DNA from: Nitrosopumilus sp.
GTDB taxonomy: Archaea > Thermoproteota > Nitrososphaeria > Nitrososphaerales > Nitrosopumilaceae
NCBI GenBank assembly: GCA_965204345.1
Contig: OZ241981.1
Span: forward strand, 1,600,001 to 1,664,000
Length of the DNA stretch: 64,000 nt
Reading direction: 5' to 3'
Of the stretch, positions 10,211 to 20,778 are shown in pieces. The notes beneath the pieces are model-generated. The model was not told the origin of the DNA. It worked only from the letters and a program-made list of their open reading frames with translations, and made no database searches. A program made the translations under genes and the position numbers. Position 1 is the first letter of the stretch. Each line of letters begins with the position of its first letter.

Positions 10211-11446
10211 ATGGTTCTCATAATTGATCCCCAAATTGCAGGCATATCCGGGGACATGCTTCTTTGCTCGTTAGTGGACTTGGGCGCCAATAAGGATAAG
10301 ATAATTTCCGGCGTCAGGGAGGCTGCAAAATTCCTCCCTGACTCTGTCATTGAGGACTTTGGATTTGGCAAAACTCAAAAACACGGAATTGAATCCTGCC
10401 ATTTAGTTTTGGAACTTGTCGAACACACTGATCAGCGAAAAGGCATTGAAATGAAAAATGCAATAGTTAGCGGTGTCAGTCAGCTAGATCTTTCAGAGAA
10501 GGCCAACTCTTTTGCCAAGTCCTGCATTGACACCCTGATCTCCTCTGAATCCAAAATACACGGAATCCCTGAGGACTCTGTACATTTCCATGAGGCATCC
10601 GGCATTGACACCCTGATAGATATTGTTGGAATCACTATTGCCTTGGATGACTTGGGATTATTTGATGAGACAATTTTTTGTCTGCCTGTCTCAGTTGGTG
10701 GGGGCTCTGTAACCTTCTCACATGGCACCATGTCCAATCCTGCCAGTGCAATACTTGAAATTTTTAAAGATTCCAACCTGCTCATAAGGGGCAGTGACGT
10801 AAATGAGGAACTTACCACTCCCACAGGAGCTTGCATCCTGGCAAACCTGACAAATAACTCCCTGAACCACTACCCATTGATGAAGATCACGTCTGTAGGC
10901 TATGGTGCTGGACAAAAAGACTATGACACCTTTTCTAATGTCCTCAAGATCACACGCGGCCCTGAGGGGCCTCTTAATGCTGATTCTGTCAAGATTCTAG
11001 AAACAAATGTGGATGACGTTTCTGGGGAAATACTGGGAAATCTAATTGAAAAGCTCATGGAAAAGGGCGCACGTGATGTCTCCATTTATCACGGAATAAC
11101 AAAAAAGGGCAGGCCCACAAATCTTGTATCTGTAATCTGCAATGATGAGACTCTTGATGACCTTGTTGATACGCTGGTACTGGAAACTGGCACCCTGGGA
11201 ATTCGGGTCTCTGATTCTGATAGGCTTACCGTGCCACGCTCCACTCACAGTGTCTCACTGTCCATAAATGGAAATTCCTTTCAGGTCGGCTACAAAAAAT
11301 CCTCCTTTAAGGGAAAGACTGATTTTAAAATTGAGTTTGAGGACTTGAAAGAAATATCCGCATCTGCTAACAAATCCCTAAAAGAGACTGAGTCCATTCT
11401 AAGAAGACAGATTGAAGTTTTGGAGCTTGAAAATGCCAACCCTTGA
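10211..11446 (+). CDS. larC: Nickel insertase LarC
   Basis: GISGDMLL, ESKIHG, VHFHE, ELTTPTGA, ETNVDD, KKGRP, ETGTLGIR motifs. Confidence 0.93.
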   Translation: MVLIIDPQIAGISGDMLLCSLVDLGANKDKIISGVREAAKFLPDSVIEDFGFGKTQKHGIESCHLVLELVEHTDQRKGIEMKNAIVSGVSQLDLSEKANSFAKSCIDTLISSESKIHGIPEDSVHFHEASGIDTLIDIVGITIALDDLGLFDETIFCLPVSVGGGSVTFSHGTMSNPASAILEIFKDSNLLIRGSDVNEELTTPTGACILANLTNNSLNHYPLMKITSVGYGAGQKDYDTFSNVLKITRGPEGPLNADSVKILETNVDDVSGEILGNLIEKLMEKGARDVSIYHGITKKGRPTNLVSVICNDETLDDLVDTLVLETGTLGIRVSDSDRLTVPRSTHSVSLSINGNSFQVGYKKSSFKGKTDFKIEFEDLKEISASANKSLKETESILRRQIEVLELENANP

Positions 11447-12230
11447 CAGCCTTCTAAACTGGTTTGAAAATAAGGGCACAGTGATGGTTGCCCTTTCTGG
11501 CGGCGTTGATAGCGCGCTTGTTGCACATGCTGCCTTTGAAAAGCTTGGGAATTCTGCTATTGCAGTAACTGCAGATTACAAAACCCTTTCTGAGGAAGAA
11601 CTGCTTACTGCCAAACGGATTTGTTCGGAGATTGGCATTTCACAACTGCTCTTGGATTATAACGAGCTTGAAAATGATGATTTTGTAAGAAATGACTCCA
11701 GTCGGTGCTTTCACTGCAGGCTGGAGCTGGGAGACCGCTTGGTCAGACTTGCAAGGGAGCATAACGCAGATCTGATAGTTGACGGAACAAATCTTGATGA
11801 TTTAGGTGATTATAGGCCTGGCATCAAGGCCTTAAAACAAAATGGCATACGCAGTCCCTTAGTCGAGACTGCCTTTTCCAAATCTGACATTCGCAAACTT
11901 GCAAAGTCAGTTGGCCTCTCTGTATTTGACAAGCCTTCCAATTCCTGCCTGGCCTCCAGAATTCCTTGGGGTCAGCGAGTTACTGCAGAAAAACTAGCTC
12001 GAATTGAACTCGGTGAGATACTAGTCAAGCAGCTCACAGACGTAAAACAGGTGCGAGTACGCGATATTGACAGCTCTGCCAAAATTGAGGTCGACAAACA
12101 AATGATTCCCAGATTCAACAGTGACGTTCTGAGCCAAATTACCACAAAATTCAAGATGATTGGCTTTACTTCTGTGGAGATTGATCAAGAGGGGTACAAA
12201 CCGGGAAAGATTAACGTGATTGCAGATTGA
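11433..12230 (+). CDS. larE: ATP-dependent sulfur transferase LarE (CxxC-C type)
   Basis: PP-loop SGGVDS, RCFHC, DGTNLDD.GDYRPG, KPSNSCLASRIP. Confidence 0.92.
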   Translation: MPTLDSLLNWFENKGTVMVALSGGVDSALVAHAAFEKLGNSAIAVTADYKTLSEEELLTAKRICSEIGISQLLLDYNELENDDFVRNDSSRCFHCRLELGDRLVRLAREHNADLIVDGTNLDDLGDYRPGIKALKQNGIRSPLVETAFSKSDIRKLAKSVGLSVFDKPSNSCLASRIPWGQRVTAEKLARIELGEILVKQLTDVKQVRVRDIDSSAKIEVDKQMIPRFNSDVLSQITTKFKMIGFTSVEIDQEGYKPGKINVIAD

Positions 12231-13384
12231 TTTATCTTGATAATGCAGCATCCACACAAATTCATAAAGACGTTCTAGATTGCATGCTGCCTTACCTCAA
12301 GGAACACTATGGCAATGCCTCTTCCATTCACAGATCTGGGAGGCTGGCTCGCAAAGCAGTTGAGAAAGCCAGAAAACAGGTTGCCTCTTTGATTAACGCA
12401 GACCCCTCTGAAATCCTAATCACTTCTGGTGGCACCGAGTCTAATAATACTGCTCTGAGAGGAATTGCCGCACCTGACACTCACATTGTTACATCCTCTA
12501 TTGAGCATGATGCCGTCTTGGAACCATGTAAAAGACTAGTCCAGGATGATGGGATTCATGTTGATTATCTTTCTGTCGATTCCTTGGGTGCTGTAGATCT
12601 TGCAGAACTAGAGAGATGCATCATGCCTAACACATGCCTTGTCTCAATCATGTTTGGAAACAATGAGGTTGGCACAGTCCAACAAATCTCTAGGATTGCT
12701 AAAATATGCCATGAAAAAAATATCCCCTTTCATACTGATGCAGTCCAAGCCATTGGTAAAATCCCTGTAGATGTCAAGGAATTAGGCATAGATCTGCTAT
12801 CAATCTCCTCTCACAAACTTTATGGTCCCAAGGGAGTAGGCGCATTGTATGTCAAAAAAGGCATCAAGATCAGTCCCACAATTTTAGGGGGCGGCCAGGA
12901 ACATGGTCTGCGCTCTGGCACTGAAAGTGTTGCAAATATTGTAGGTTTTGGAAAGGCCTGTGAGATGGCCAAGATTAATCTAGATGAAAACATTGCCCAT
13001 CTGACAAAATTACGGGATGTCCTGATCAAAAAAGTATTGGATGAGATTCCAAAAGTAACGCTAAATGGCGATCCCAAATCAAGGCTTCCCAATAACGCGC
13101 ACTTTACATTCCTTGGTGTAAATGGCGAGGATCTAATAATCAAGCTTGACGAATGTGGAATTGCAGCCTCTACTGGCTCTGCATGTTCTGTCAACACCCA
13201 GCGTGCTTCTCATGTTTTAGAGTCCATGGGATTCTCACATGAACAAATTACAGGCTCCTTGCGACTAACTGTTGGCATCTTCAACGATGAAAAAGAAATT
13301 GAGCAAGCTATGGTTTCTCTTAAAAAAATAGTCAAAGAACTGCGATCTTTTTCACCGTTTAAAGAAAAATATTCCTTTAATTAA
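12227..13384 (+). CDS. iscS: Cysteine desulfurase (IscS/NifS type)
   Basis: IYLDNAAST, TSGGTESNN, HTDAVQ, SSHKLYGPKG, STGSAC. Confidence 0.92.
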   Translation: MIYLDNAASTQIHKDVLDCMLPYLKEHYGNASSIHRSGRLARKAVEKARKQVASLINADPSEILITSGGTESNNTALRGIAAPDTHIVTSSIEHDAVLEPCKRLVQDDGIHVDYLSVDSLGAVDLAELERCIMPNTCLVSIMFGNNEVGTVQQISRIAKICHEKNIPFHTDAVQAIGKIPVDVKELGIDLLSISSHKLYGPKGVGALYVKKGIKISPTILGGGQEHGLRSGTESVANIVGFGKACEMAKINLDENIAHLTKLRDVLIKKVLDEIPKVTLNGDPKSRLPNNAHFTFLGVNGEDLIIKLDECGIAASTGSACSVNTQRASHVLESMGFSHEQITGSLRLTVGIFNDEKEIEQAMVSLKKIVKELRSFSPFKEKYSFN

Positions 13385-13389
13385 AACAT

Positions 13390-14190
13390 CTAAATCATCT
13401 GAAATTTATTTCTAGTAATTACAATTATGGATATTATTCCTATTGCCAAGACCATCATTACAATCGGCCCAAATTCAGGAAGAGCATACGTTCCAATGAT
13501 CTCTATGGCCGAGTCTCCTGCTTCAAAATTAATTGTTATGACCCTTGATTCTGAATGTACTACTGATTCTACATATGAGGCTTCAATTCCATCTATTAGG
13601 ATAATAAAGGCAACGTCTTTTCCGTCTTGATTTTCGGCCCCGACAAACTCCCTTGGCAAATCCAGTGTAACTGACCCCTCATCTGCAGCATTAATTTGTA
13701 CAATAATTGCAAAGATATCTGAATCTACTGTAATGTCCTTAACTGTTCCGCCCTGAATTGTATATTCCACATCAAATGTTCCGTGACTGCCTGCATCCAC
13801 CTCGTAGCTCTTTGTAGTTGTAATTACATCTGATTTTGAAGAATAGCTAAATTCAGACTCTGCAATGCTTCCCTCACCGTATGATGCCCTGACTGTATAT
13901 TCCCCAGATTTTTTCCATAATGGCCCCTCTGCAATTATTGTGTGAGAGTAACTTCCATCCTGCGCTATTGTAATCTGTGCAATATCTAACAAATTTCCCT
14001 CCAAAAACAACTGTAGCGTAGCTGGAGTCTCGCCTATGATTGCAGATACTGTTCCTGAGACTACGATTGTATCGCCCTCATCATAGTGATTGTCGTCTGT
14101 TTGAACTGATATCCTGAATTCTTGTGCAAAAGCCATTGCTGTTGAAATTGTCAACACAAAGATTAGGCCATAAAATATTCTTGAACCCAC
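13390..14190 (-). CDS. PEFG-CTERM surface protein
   Basis: Signal peptide; C-terminal LPEFG + TM + basic tail. Confidence 0.85.
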   Translation of the reverse strand: MGSRIFYGLIFVLTISTAMAFAQEFRISVQTDDNHYDEGDTIVVSGTVSAIIGETPATLQLFLEGNLLDIAQITIAQDGSYSHTIIAEGPLWKKSGEYTVRASYGEGSIAESEFSYSSKSDVITTTKSYEVDAGSHGTFDVEYTIQGGTVKDITVDSDIFAIIVQINAADEGSVTLDLPREFVGAENQDGKDVAFIILIDGIEASYVESVVHSESRVITINFEAGDSAIEIIGTYALPEFGPIVMMVLAIGIISIIVITRNKFQMI

Positions 14191-14267
14191 AAACTTTTGA
14201 TTGCTTGTTTGTATATTTTCTTTACTATCAAAAACTAAAAAATGAAAAAATAAGAAGTTGTGTGATT

Positions 14268-15158
14268 TTAGTATCTTGGCATAATGCTTAGCCTTGATCT
14301 TGCAGATACTGCAATTATTGAGATAATTGCCACTGCTAGAATCATTGCTGCAATTGTACCAAATTCTGGAATCACATAGGTACCAATTATCTCAATTTGT
14401 TCAGCGCCTGCTGGGAACATTACTGTTACTTTATTTGCAACAATTTCAGCATCATCCCATTCTTCTCCATCAACTAGTACCATGAAGATACCGTCCTGGA
14501 CTGCTTTTGATGGTGTTACTGTTAATATTCCATCGGTTTCAGCGTTGATATTGATGACAATTGACTTGTCATTAGTGTTGATAGTCGTACCAGTTACAGT
14601 TCCGCCTGAAATGTCATATGGTATGCACTGATCATCTACAGATAGATCATCAGCACCACATTGTCTTGCTGACATTGGCGTATCGTAATTTGGTATATAT
14701 TCAACTCCACCAGTTAGTTCAACTTGGGCACTGTTACTTTTTTCACTGCTACCATAGTTTACTTTAATGGTGTAGGTACCGTCGTATTTCCATATTGCAC
14801 CTGCCGTGTTTAGAATTGTCTCAAAACTGCCATCATCAGCCACATTGATTTGATCAATTGTAACAATGGAGTTTAACGGGTTCACAACAGTTACTGTAAC
14901 TGGAAATCCAAAAGCTACATTAGCTACTTGTCCCTTTACCACAATCATGTCATTGTGACCATAATCTGTTTTATCTGTCCAAACAGATATTGGAATGGCC
15001 TCAAGTAACATCTGGTTTGCGGCCACTCTAGACTCGTCTATGTTGCAACCTACACATGCTTGTGGAAGTTCTTCTTCTTCTGCATATGCAGATGTTGCAG
15101 TTAGCGTGCCTATTGTAGTCAAAAGGGCCAGTAGTGCAAACGACGTACGGTTGTTCAT
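14268..15158 (-). CDS. PEFG-CTERM surface protein
   Basis: Signal peptide; IPEFGTIAAMILAVAIISIIAVSARSRLSIMPRY. Confidence 0.9.
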   Translation of the reverse strand: MNNRTSFALLALLTTIGTLTATSAYAEEEELPQACVGCNIDESRVAANQMLLEAIPISVWTDKTDYGHNDMIVVKGQVANVAFGFPVTVTVVNPLNSIVTIDQINVADDGSFETILNTAGAIWKYDGTYTIKVNYGSSEKSNSAQVELTGGVEYIPNYDTPMSARQCGADDLSVDDQCIPYDISGGTVTGTTINTNDKSIVININAETDGILTVTPSKAVQDGIFMVLVDGEEWDDAEIVANKVTVMFPAGAEQIEIIGTYVIPEFGTIAAMILAVAIISIIAVSARSRLSIMPRY

Positions 15159-15182
15159 CTTGTTGCGATTTACACCTGTCTC

Positions 15183-15210
15183 TATTTATGTATATTTAAA
15201 AAGAGAAAAA
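15183..15210 (-). promoter_or_regulatory. 28-bp intergenic element (T-tract terminator + TATA-like box), copy 1
   Basis: tatttatgtatatttaaaaagagaaaaa, identical at 16111-16138; on the minus strand it reads as a T-tract then TTTAAATA, ending ~25 bp before the next ATG. Confidence 0.65.
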
Positions 15211-15222
15211 AGTTGTGTTAAC

Positions 15223-16086
15223 TTAGTATCTTGGCATAATGCTAAGTCTTGATTTTGCAGATACTGCAATTATTGAGATAATTGCCACTGCTAGAATCAT
15301 TGCTGCAATTGTACCAAATTCTGGAACTACGACTCCGTCTTTAATATCTACTTCAGTCGAGGCAGTATATTTTGGATCTTCAAATTGCTGTGCGGTTACT
15401 GTGTAAAAACCATCTTGTTTCCATAGTGACCCGCCTACTGTGATTTCTGCAGCGAATCCTCCTTCAATCTCAGGTGATATCTGATCAATTGCTATTACAT
15501 TTCCATTTGGTGCTGTTACGGTTAACGTAATATCTTGACTCACCCTGTCAGTTGTTCCCGTTATCTCAAACATTGTAGAACCGTTATCGATAACTATTGG
15601 ATCAAGCATGAGCCCTGCATCTGTTGCTACGTTATTTACATTTGGTGAGATGATCCCCGTTTGCAAATTAGATTCGGTAACAGAAGTTCCTTCGGCCATG
15701 CCATTTGTTACTTCAACAAGAACCTTCAATGTGTAAAATGAATTTGCCCCTGTACCTTGCATTATTTCAAAGCTGTAAAATCCATTCTCTTTCCACGTAG
15801 GTCCGACTATGAATTTTGTCTCAAATTCCCCATTATCGTCCGGTGTCACCTGATCTACGTCGACAATGTTATTGCCGCTTGGAGATGTAACTCTAAAGGT
15901 AACATCTGAAATGTCAGAGGCTGTTATACCTGTCAGGGTAATCGTATCTGAGCCTTTCTCAGCCATTGCTGTAACTGATATTCCAGTAGATTGGGCAAAA
16001 GCATCTTGCTGAATTGAAGTCATTGAAATTAATGACAGTGCCATAAGGACTATTGCCATTGGTGTTGTGGAATGTTTAAAATTCAT
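15223..16086 (-). CDS. PEFG-CTERM surface protein (two Ig-like repeats)
   Basis: Signal peptide; VPEFGTIAAMILAVAIISIIAVSAKSRLSIMPRY. Confidence 0.9.
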   Translation of the reverse strand: MNFKHSTTPMAIVLMALSLISMTSIQQDAFAQSTGISVTAMAEKGSDTITLTGITASDISDVTFRVTSPSGNNIVDVDQVTPDDNGEFETKFIVGPTWKENGFYSFEIMQGTGANSFYTLKVLVEVTNGMAEGTSVTESNLQTGIISPNVNNVATDAGLMLDPIVIDNGSTMFEITGTTDRVSQDITLTVTAPNGNVIAIDQISPEIEGGFAAEITVGGSLWKQDGFYTVTAQQFEDPKYTASTEVDIKDGVVVPEFGTIAAMILAVAIISIIAVSAKSRLSIMPRY

Positions 16087-16110
16087 TCTAATTCCACCCA
16101 GCTATGTTGT

Positions 16111-16138
16111 TATTTATGTATATTTAAAAAGAGAAAAA
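16111..16138 (-). promoter_or_regulatory. 28-bp intergenic element, copy 2
   Basis: Identical to 15183-15210, same distance from the downstream ATG. Confidence 0.65.
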
Positions 16139-16147
16139 GGGTGAAAT

Positions 16148-16999
16148 TTAGTATCTTGGCATAATACTTAGCCTTGATTTTGCAGATATTGCAATTATTG
16201 AGATAATTGCCACTGCTAGAATCATTGCTGCAATTGTACCAAATTCTGGGACTACAAATGTTCCAACTATTTCAATCTCTTCAGCACCTGCTGGGAATGA
16301 TATGGTGAGCATTCTGTCAGTTGATGATACTGTTTCATCAAACTCCACTTCTTCGAGATCAATTAGCACGAAAAAGTCAGCGTCTGCACCATCAGTATCC
16401 ATTGAATCTAACACAGATCTGGGGATTGTGAGTGTAAGTGAACCGTCTTCTGTGGCATCAATAGATATGATTAGTGACTTGGCATCCACGTCAGGTATTA
16501 CGCTAAGTATCTTTCCGCCTGTAATTTCATATCCTATCAGATCACTGGAACCCTCAACTGAAATTGTTGTATCAGTTATTCCAGATGATCCGCCACTAGT
16601 AGGTGGTGCTACAGGTGGTACTGTAGTGACTCCTCCGAATTCAAATTCTGCTATTGCTGTTGGATTGTTTCCAAATGTTGCTGAAATTGTGTATGTTCCT
16701 TCAGTTTTTATCAGACCTCCTGCTTTAAATTCTGTACTGAATTTTTTATCAGCACCTATATCTATTTGATCAATTGATACTATGCTTCCGCTAGGAGATA
16801 TAAGTATCAAAGAGACTGGAATTCCTCCCAATAGGTCTCTTACCTCTCCTGAAACTACAATTGTCTCGCCTTCTGCATAAGATGGCTTGTCTGTAGTAAC
16901 AACAATCGAATTTTGTAGTTGTCCAAATGCTGGTGTCATACCTATACTTACAATCATGATTGCAGTCAAGGCAAACACCGGTAGATGAGCTTTCATCAT
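16148..16999 (-). CDS. PEFG-CTERM surface protein
   Basis: Signal peptide; VPEFGTIAAMILAVAIISIIAISAKSRLSIMPRY. Confidence 0.9.
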   Translation of the reverse strand: MMKAHLPVFALTAIMIVSIGMTPAFGQLQNSIVVTTDKPSYAEGETIVVSGEVRDLLGGIPVSLILISPSGSIVSIDQIDIGADKKFSTEFKAGGLIKTEGTYTISATFGNNPTAIAEFEFGGVTTVPPVAPPTSGGSSGITDTTISVEGSSDLIGYEITGGKILSVIPDVDAKSLIISIDATEDGSLTLTIPRSVLDSMDTDGADADFFVLIDLEEVEFDETVSSTDRMLTISFPAGAEEIEIVGTFVVPEFGTIAAMILAVAIISIIAISAKSRLSIMPRY

Positions 17000-17176
17000 T
17001 TTTACGCTCAGATTTGTACTATTTAAGGTTGTGGCAAAATTTATTGACTAATAGAATAAAGACAATTCCTCTAACGAATTTCAGATTAGATATATATTAA
17101 CCCGAGCGTGAATTTTTGACAGTTTGTGTGTATTATTTACTGTTACATTTAATGTTGGGTGCGGGGTGTTGTAGTG

Positions 17177-17428
17177 ATGGCAACTAAGAAAAATCAAATT
17201 CTAGTGCCTGATCATGTTTATGTTCCAAAACATGAAATCATCAGCAAGCAAGAAGCTGAGGATGTGCTAAAAAAATATAACTGTAAACCTACCGAACTGC
17301 CATTAATCTTTGTTAATGATCCTGCAATTTTGGGACTTGGCATAAAGCCCGGTGACATGATTAAGATCACTAGAAAAAGTCCGACTGCCGGTGAGAGTCT
17401 GTACTACAGATACGTGGTGGAAGTTTAG
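17177..17428 (+). CDS. rpoH: RNA polymerase subunit H (Rpo5)
   Basis: HVYVPKHEI, LPLI..DP, GDMIKITRKSPTAGE..YYRYVV. Confidence 0.95.
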   Translation: MATKKNQILVPDHVYVPKHEIISKQEAEDVLKKYNCKPTELPLIFVNDPAILGLGIKPGDMIKITRKSPTAGESLYYRYVVEV

Positions 17429-17430
17429 AA

Positions 17431-20400
17431 ATGACACATCCTTCAACCAAGCGCTGGCCGGTAATTCAGGATATCTTAAAGCGTGAGGGCATTGCACGTC
17501 AGCATCTGAATTCCTTTGATGAATTCCTGGAAAGGGGACTTCAGAGCATCATCAATGAAGTTGGCCAGATTGATATTGAAAATGCTGAATACCCCTACAA
17601 GATACAGTTAGGCAAAGTCAAGCTTCAGCAACCAAGAATGATGGAGCTTGACGGTTCCATCACTCATATTACACCGGCTGAGGCAAGACTAAGAAACGTC
17701 TCATATTCTGCTCCCGTCATGATGGAGGCAAGCGTTGTAGAGGATGGAAAAATCTTGGAATCCAGGTTTGTACATATTGGAGACGTTCCGGTCATGGCAA
17801 AATCAAACGCCTGCATCTTGCATAATTTCACTAATCAGAAACTAGTTGAACACGGTGAGGACCCAAGTGACCCCGGAGGCTATTTTATCATTAACGGTTC
17901 TGAAAGAGTAATTGTCGGATTGGAGGATCTCTCTTACAATAAAATAATTGTAGACAGGGAGACTGTTGGTGGAAATGTTGCCTTTAAAGCAAAGGTGTAT
18001 TCGTCTATTGTTGGATATCGTGCAAAACTAGAACTTGTCATGAAAAATGACGGACTAATTGTTGCCAGAATTCCCGGCTCCCCAGTTGACATTCCCGTGG
18101 TTACACTAATGAGGGCACTCGGATTGGAATCTGATAGAGAGATTGCATCTGTGGTCTCCCTGGTAAATGAGATACAAGATGAGCTGGAGGGCTCCTTTGA
18201 AAAAGCAGGCGACGTTCCTACATCCAAGGATGCAATCGTGTATATCAGCAAGAGGATTGCACCCGGAATGCTAGAGGAGTTCCAGATAAAACGTGCCGAG
18301 ACGCTGCTTGACTGGGGACTGTTGCCTCATTTGGGAAAACATCCAGAAAACAGAAAGGAAAAGGCGCAGTTCCTAGGGGAAGCTGCATGTAAGTTATTGG
18401 AATTAAAGCTTGGCTGGATTACTCCTGATGACAAGGATCATTATGGCAACAAGGTGATAAAGTTTGCAGGACAGATGCTAGCTGACTTGTTTAGAACTGC
18501 CTTTAGAAATTTGGTCCGGGATATGAAATACCAACTAGAACGCTCCGGACAAAAACGCGGAATCAATGCCGTATCTGCGGCAATACGCCCCGGAATTATT
18601 ACTGACAAGCTAAACAATGCCATTGCAACTGGAAACTGGGGCCGTGGCCGTGTAGGCGTTACTCAGCTGCTTGATCGAACCAACTATCTTTCAACAATCA
18701 GCCATCTTAGAAGAATCCAGTCTCCCTTGAGCAGGACACAGCCAAACTTTGAGGCAAGAGATTTGCATGCTACCCACTTTGGAAGAATCTGTCCCAGTGA
18801 GACACCTGAAGGCTCAAACTGTGGCCTGGTAAAGAATTTGGCCCTGTCTGGAATTATCTCTGTAAATGTTGCCTCTGAGGAAATTGTAGAAAAACTCTAT
18901 GATCTTGGAACCGTTCATTTCTTTGAAGCAAAGGAGGATTTGAAAAAAGACGGAACCAGAATATTTGTAGACGGCCGCCTTATTGGATATTACAACAACG
19001 GCCAGGAACTGGCAGAATCCCTTAGGGATCTTAGGAGAACCTCAAAAATTCATCCCCACGTTGGAGTCTCATTCCACAAGTCCGACATTGAGGGCTCTAC
19101 AAGAAGGCTGTATGTTAACTGCAATGCCGGCAGGGTTTTGCGCCCATTAATCATTGTCAAGGACAACAAGTCCCTGCTGACTCCTGAACTGTTGGAGAAA
19201 ATCTCCAAAAAGCTGCTCTCTTGGACTGATCTTTTGAGAATGGGCATTCTCGAGGTAATTGATGCCAATGAGGAAGAAAACTGCTATGTTACCCTCGATG
19301 AAAAGGACACCAAAAAGCATACTCATCTTGAAGTCTTTCCTCCGTCTATTTTGGGCGCCGGTGCCTCAATCATTCCATATCCTGAACATAACCAATCTCC
19401 AAGAAATACATACGAGTCAGCAATGGCAAAACAGAGCCTGGGATTCTCCACACCCATGATGAACACTAGCACGTATGTCAGACAGCATCTTATGCTGTAT
19501 CCCCAGGTTCCAATTGTCAACACAAAGGCAATGAAACTCTTGGGCTTGGAGGATAGGCCTGCAGGTCAGAATTGTGTGGTTGCCGTACTGCCATTTGACG
19601 GATACAATATTGAGGATGCCATTGTTCTAAGCAAGGCATCTGTGGATAGGGGCCTGGGCCGAACGTTCTTCTTTAGGATTTATGATGCTGAGGCAAAACA
19701 ATATCCCGGTGGAATGCGTGATACCTTTGAGATCCCCAACGCTGAGGATAACATAAGAGGCTACAAGGGAGAGCGTGCATACCGGCTGCTTGAGGATGAT
19801 GGGGTTGTTGCATCAGAAGCTCCTGTCAAGGGAGGCGATATTCTAATTGGAAAGACCAGTCCTCCAAGGTTCATGGAGGAATACAGGGAGTTTGAGTCAT
19901 CTGGTCCGTACAGGCGGGATACCTCTGTTGGCGTGAGACCCTCTGAAACCGGGGTTATTGATACTGTAGTTATGACCCAGTCAAATGAGGGCGGAAAGAT
20001 GTATAAAATTAGGGCAAGGGACATGAGAATCCCTGAAATTGGCGATAAGTTTGCATCAAGACACGGACAAAAGGGCGTACTTGGAATTCTAGCCAAGGCC
20101 GAAGACCTGCCATACACTGCAACTGGAATGTCCCCTGATGTCCTGATTAATCCCCACGCATTTCCCTCAAGAATGACTGTTGGCATGATGATGGAGTCCG
20201 TTTGTGGCAAGGCAGCCGCGCTGCGTGGAACGCGCTTTGATGGTTCTGCCTTTGTTGGCGAAAAAATGGATGAGGTCAAGGAGGTAATGGATGCACACGG
20301 CTTCAAGTATTCTGGCAAGGAGGTAATGTATGACGGACGAACCGGAAAATCATTCCCTGTAGATGTCTTTATTGGCGTTGTATACTATCAAAAGCTCCAT

Positions 20401-20778
20401 CATATGGTGGCAGACAAGATCCATGCAAGGGCGCGCGGACAGGTTCAGATGCTGACCAAACAGCCCACCGAAGGAAGGGCAAGGGGTGGAGGATTAAGAT
20501 TTGGTGAGATGGAAAGAGACTGCCTGATTGCCTATGGCGCCTCTATGATTCTAAAGGACAGATTGTTAGACGAGTCTGACAAGTCCGATGTCTTTGTATG
20601 TGAGAGATGCGGGCTGGTAGCCTATCATGATGTTAAACAAAGAAAGTATGTCTGCAGGGTCTGCGGCGACAAGGCCAAGGTGTCATCCGTATCTGTGGCA
20701 TATGCCTTCAAGCTGCTCTTGCAAGAGATGCAAAGTCTTAACGTTGCACCCCGCCTGCTAATCAAGGAGAAGATCTAA
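17431..20778 (+). CDS. rpoB: RNA polymerase subunit B (Rpo2)
   Basis: GGYFIINGSE, ETPEG, GDKFASRHGQKG, GLRFGEMERD, C-terminal Zn ribbon. Confidence 0.98.
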   Translation: MTHPSTKRWPVIQDILKREGIARQHLNSFDEFLERGLQSIINEVGQIDIENAEYPYKIQLGKVKLQQPRMMELDGSITHITPAEARLRNVSYSAPVMMEASVVEDGKILESRFVHIGDVPVMAKSNACILHNFTNQKLVEHGEDPSDPGGYFIINGSERVIVGLEDLSYNKIIVDRETVGGNVAFKAKVYSSIVGYRAKLELVMKNDGLIVARIPGSPVDIPVVTLMRALGLESDREIASVVSLVNEIQDELEGSFEKAGDVPTSKDAIVYISKRIAPGMLEEFQIKRAETLLDWGLLPHLGKHPENRKEKAQFLGEAACKLLELKLGWITPDDKDHYGNKVIKFAGQMLADLFRTAFRNLVRDMKYQLERSGQKRGINAVSAAIRPGIITDKLNNAIATGNWGRGRVGVTQLLDRTNYLSTISHLRRIQSPLSRTQPNFEARDLHATHFGRICPSETPEGSNCGLVKNLALSGIISVNVASEEIVEKLYDLGTVHFFEAKEDLKKDGTRIFVDGRLIGYYNNGQELAESLRDLRRTSKIHPHVGVSFHKSDIEGSTRRLYVNCNAGRVLRPLIIVKDNKSLLTPELLEKISKKLLSWTDLLRMGILEVIDANEEENCYVTLDEKDTKKHTHLEVFPPSILGAGASIIPYPEHNQSPRNTYESAMAKQSLGFSTPMMNTSTYVRQHLMLYPQVPIVNTKAMKLLGLEDRPAGQNCVVAVLPFDGYNIEDAIVLSKASVDRGLGRTFFFRIYDAEAKQYPGGMRDTFEIPNAEDNIRGYKGERAYRLLEDDGVVASEAPVKGGDILIGKTSPPRFMEEYREFESSGPYRRDTSVGVRPSETGVIDTVVMTQSNEGGKMYKIRARDMRIPEIGDKFASRHGQKGVLGILAKAEDLPYTATGMSPDVLINPHAFPSRMTVGMMMESVCGKAAALRGTRFDGSAFVGEKMDEVKEVMDAHGFKYSGKEVMYDGRTGKSFPVDVFIGVVYYQKLHHMVADKIHARARGQVQMLTKQPTEGRARGGGLRFGEMERDCLIAYGASMILKDRLLDESDKSDVFVCERCGLVAYHDVKQRKYVCRVCGDKAKVSSVSVAYAFKLLLQEMQSLNVAPRLLIKEKI

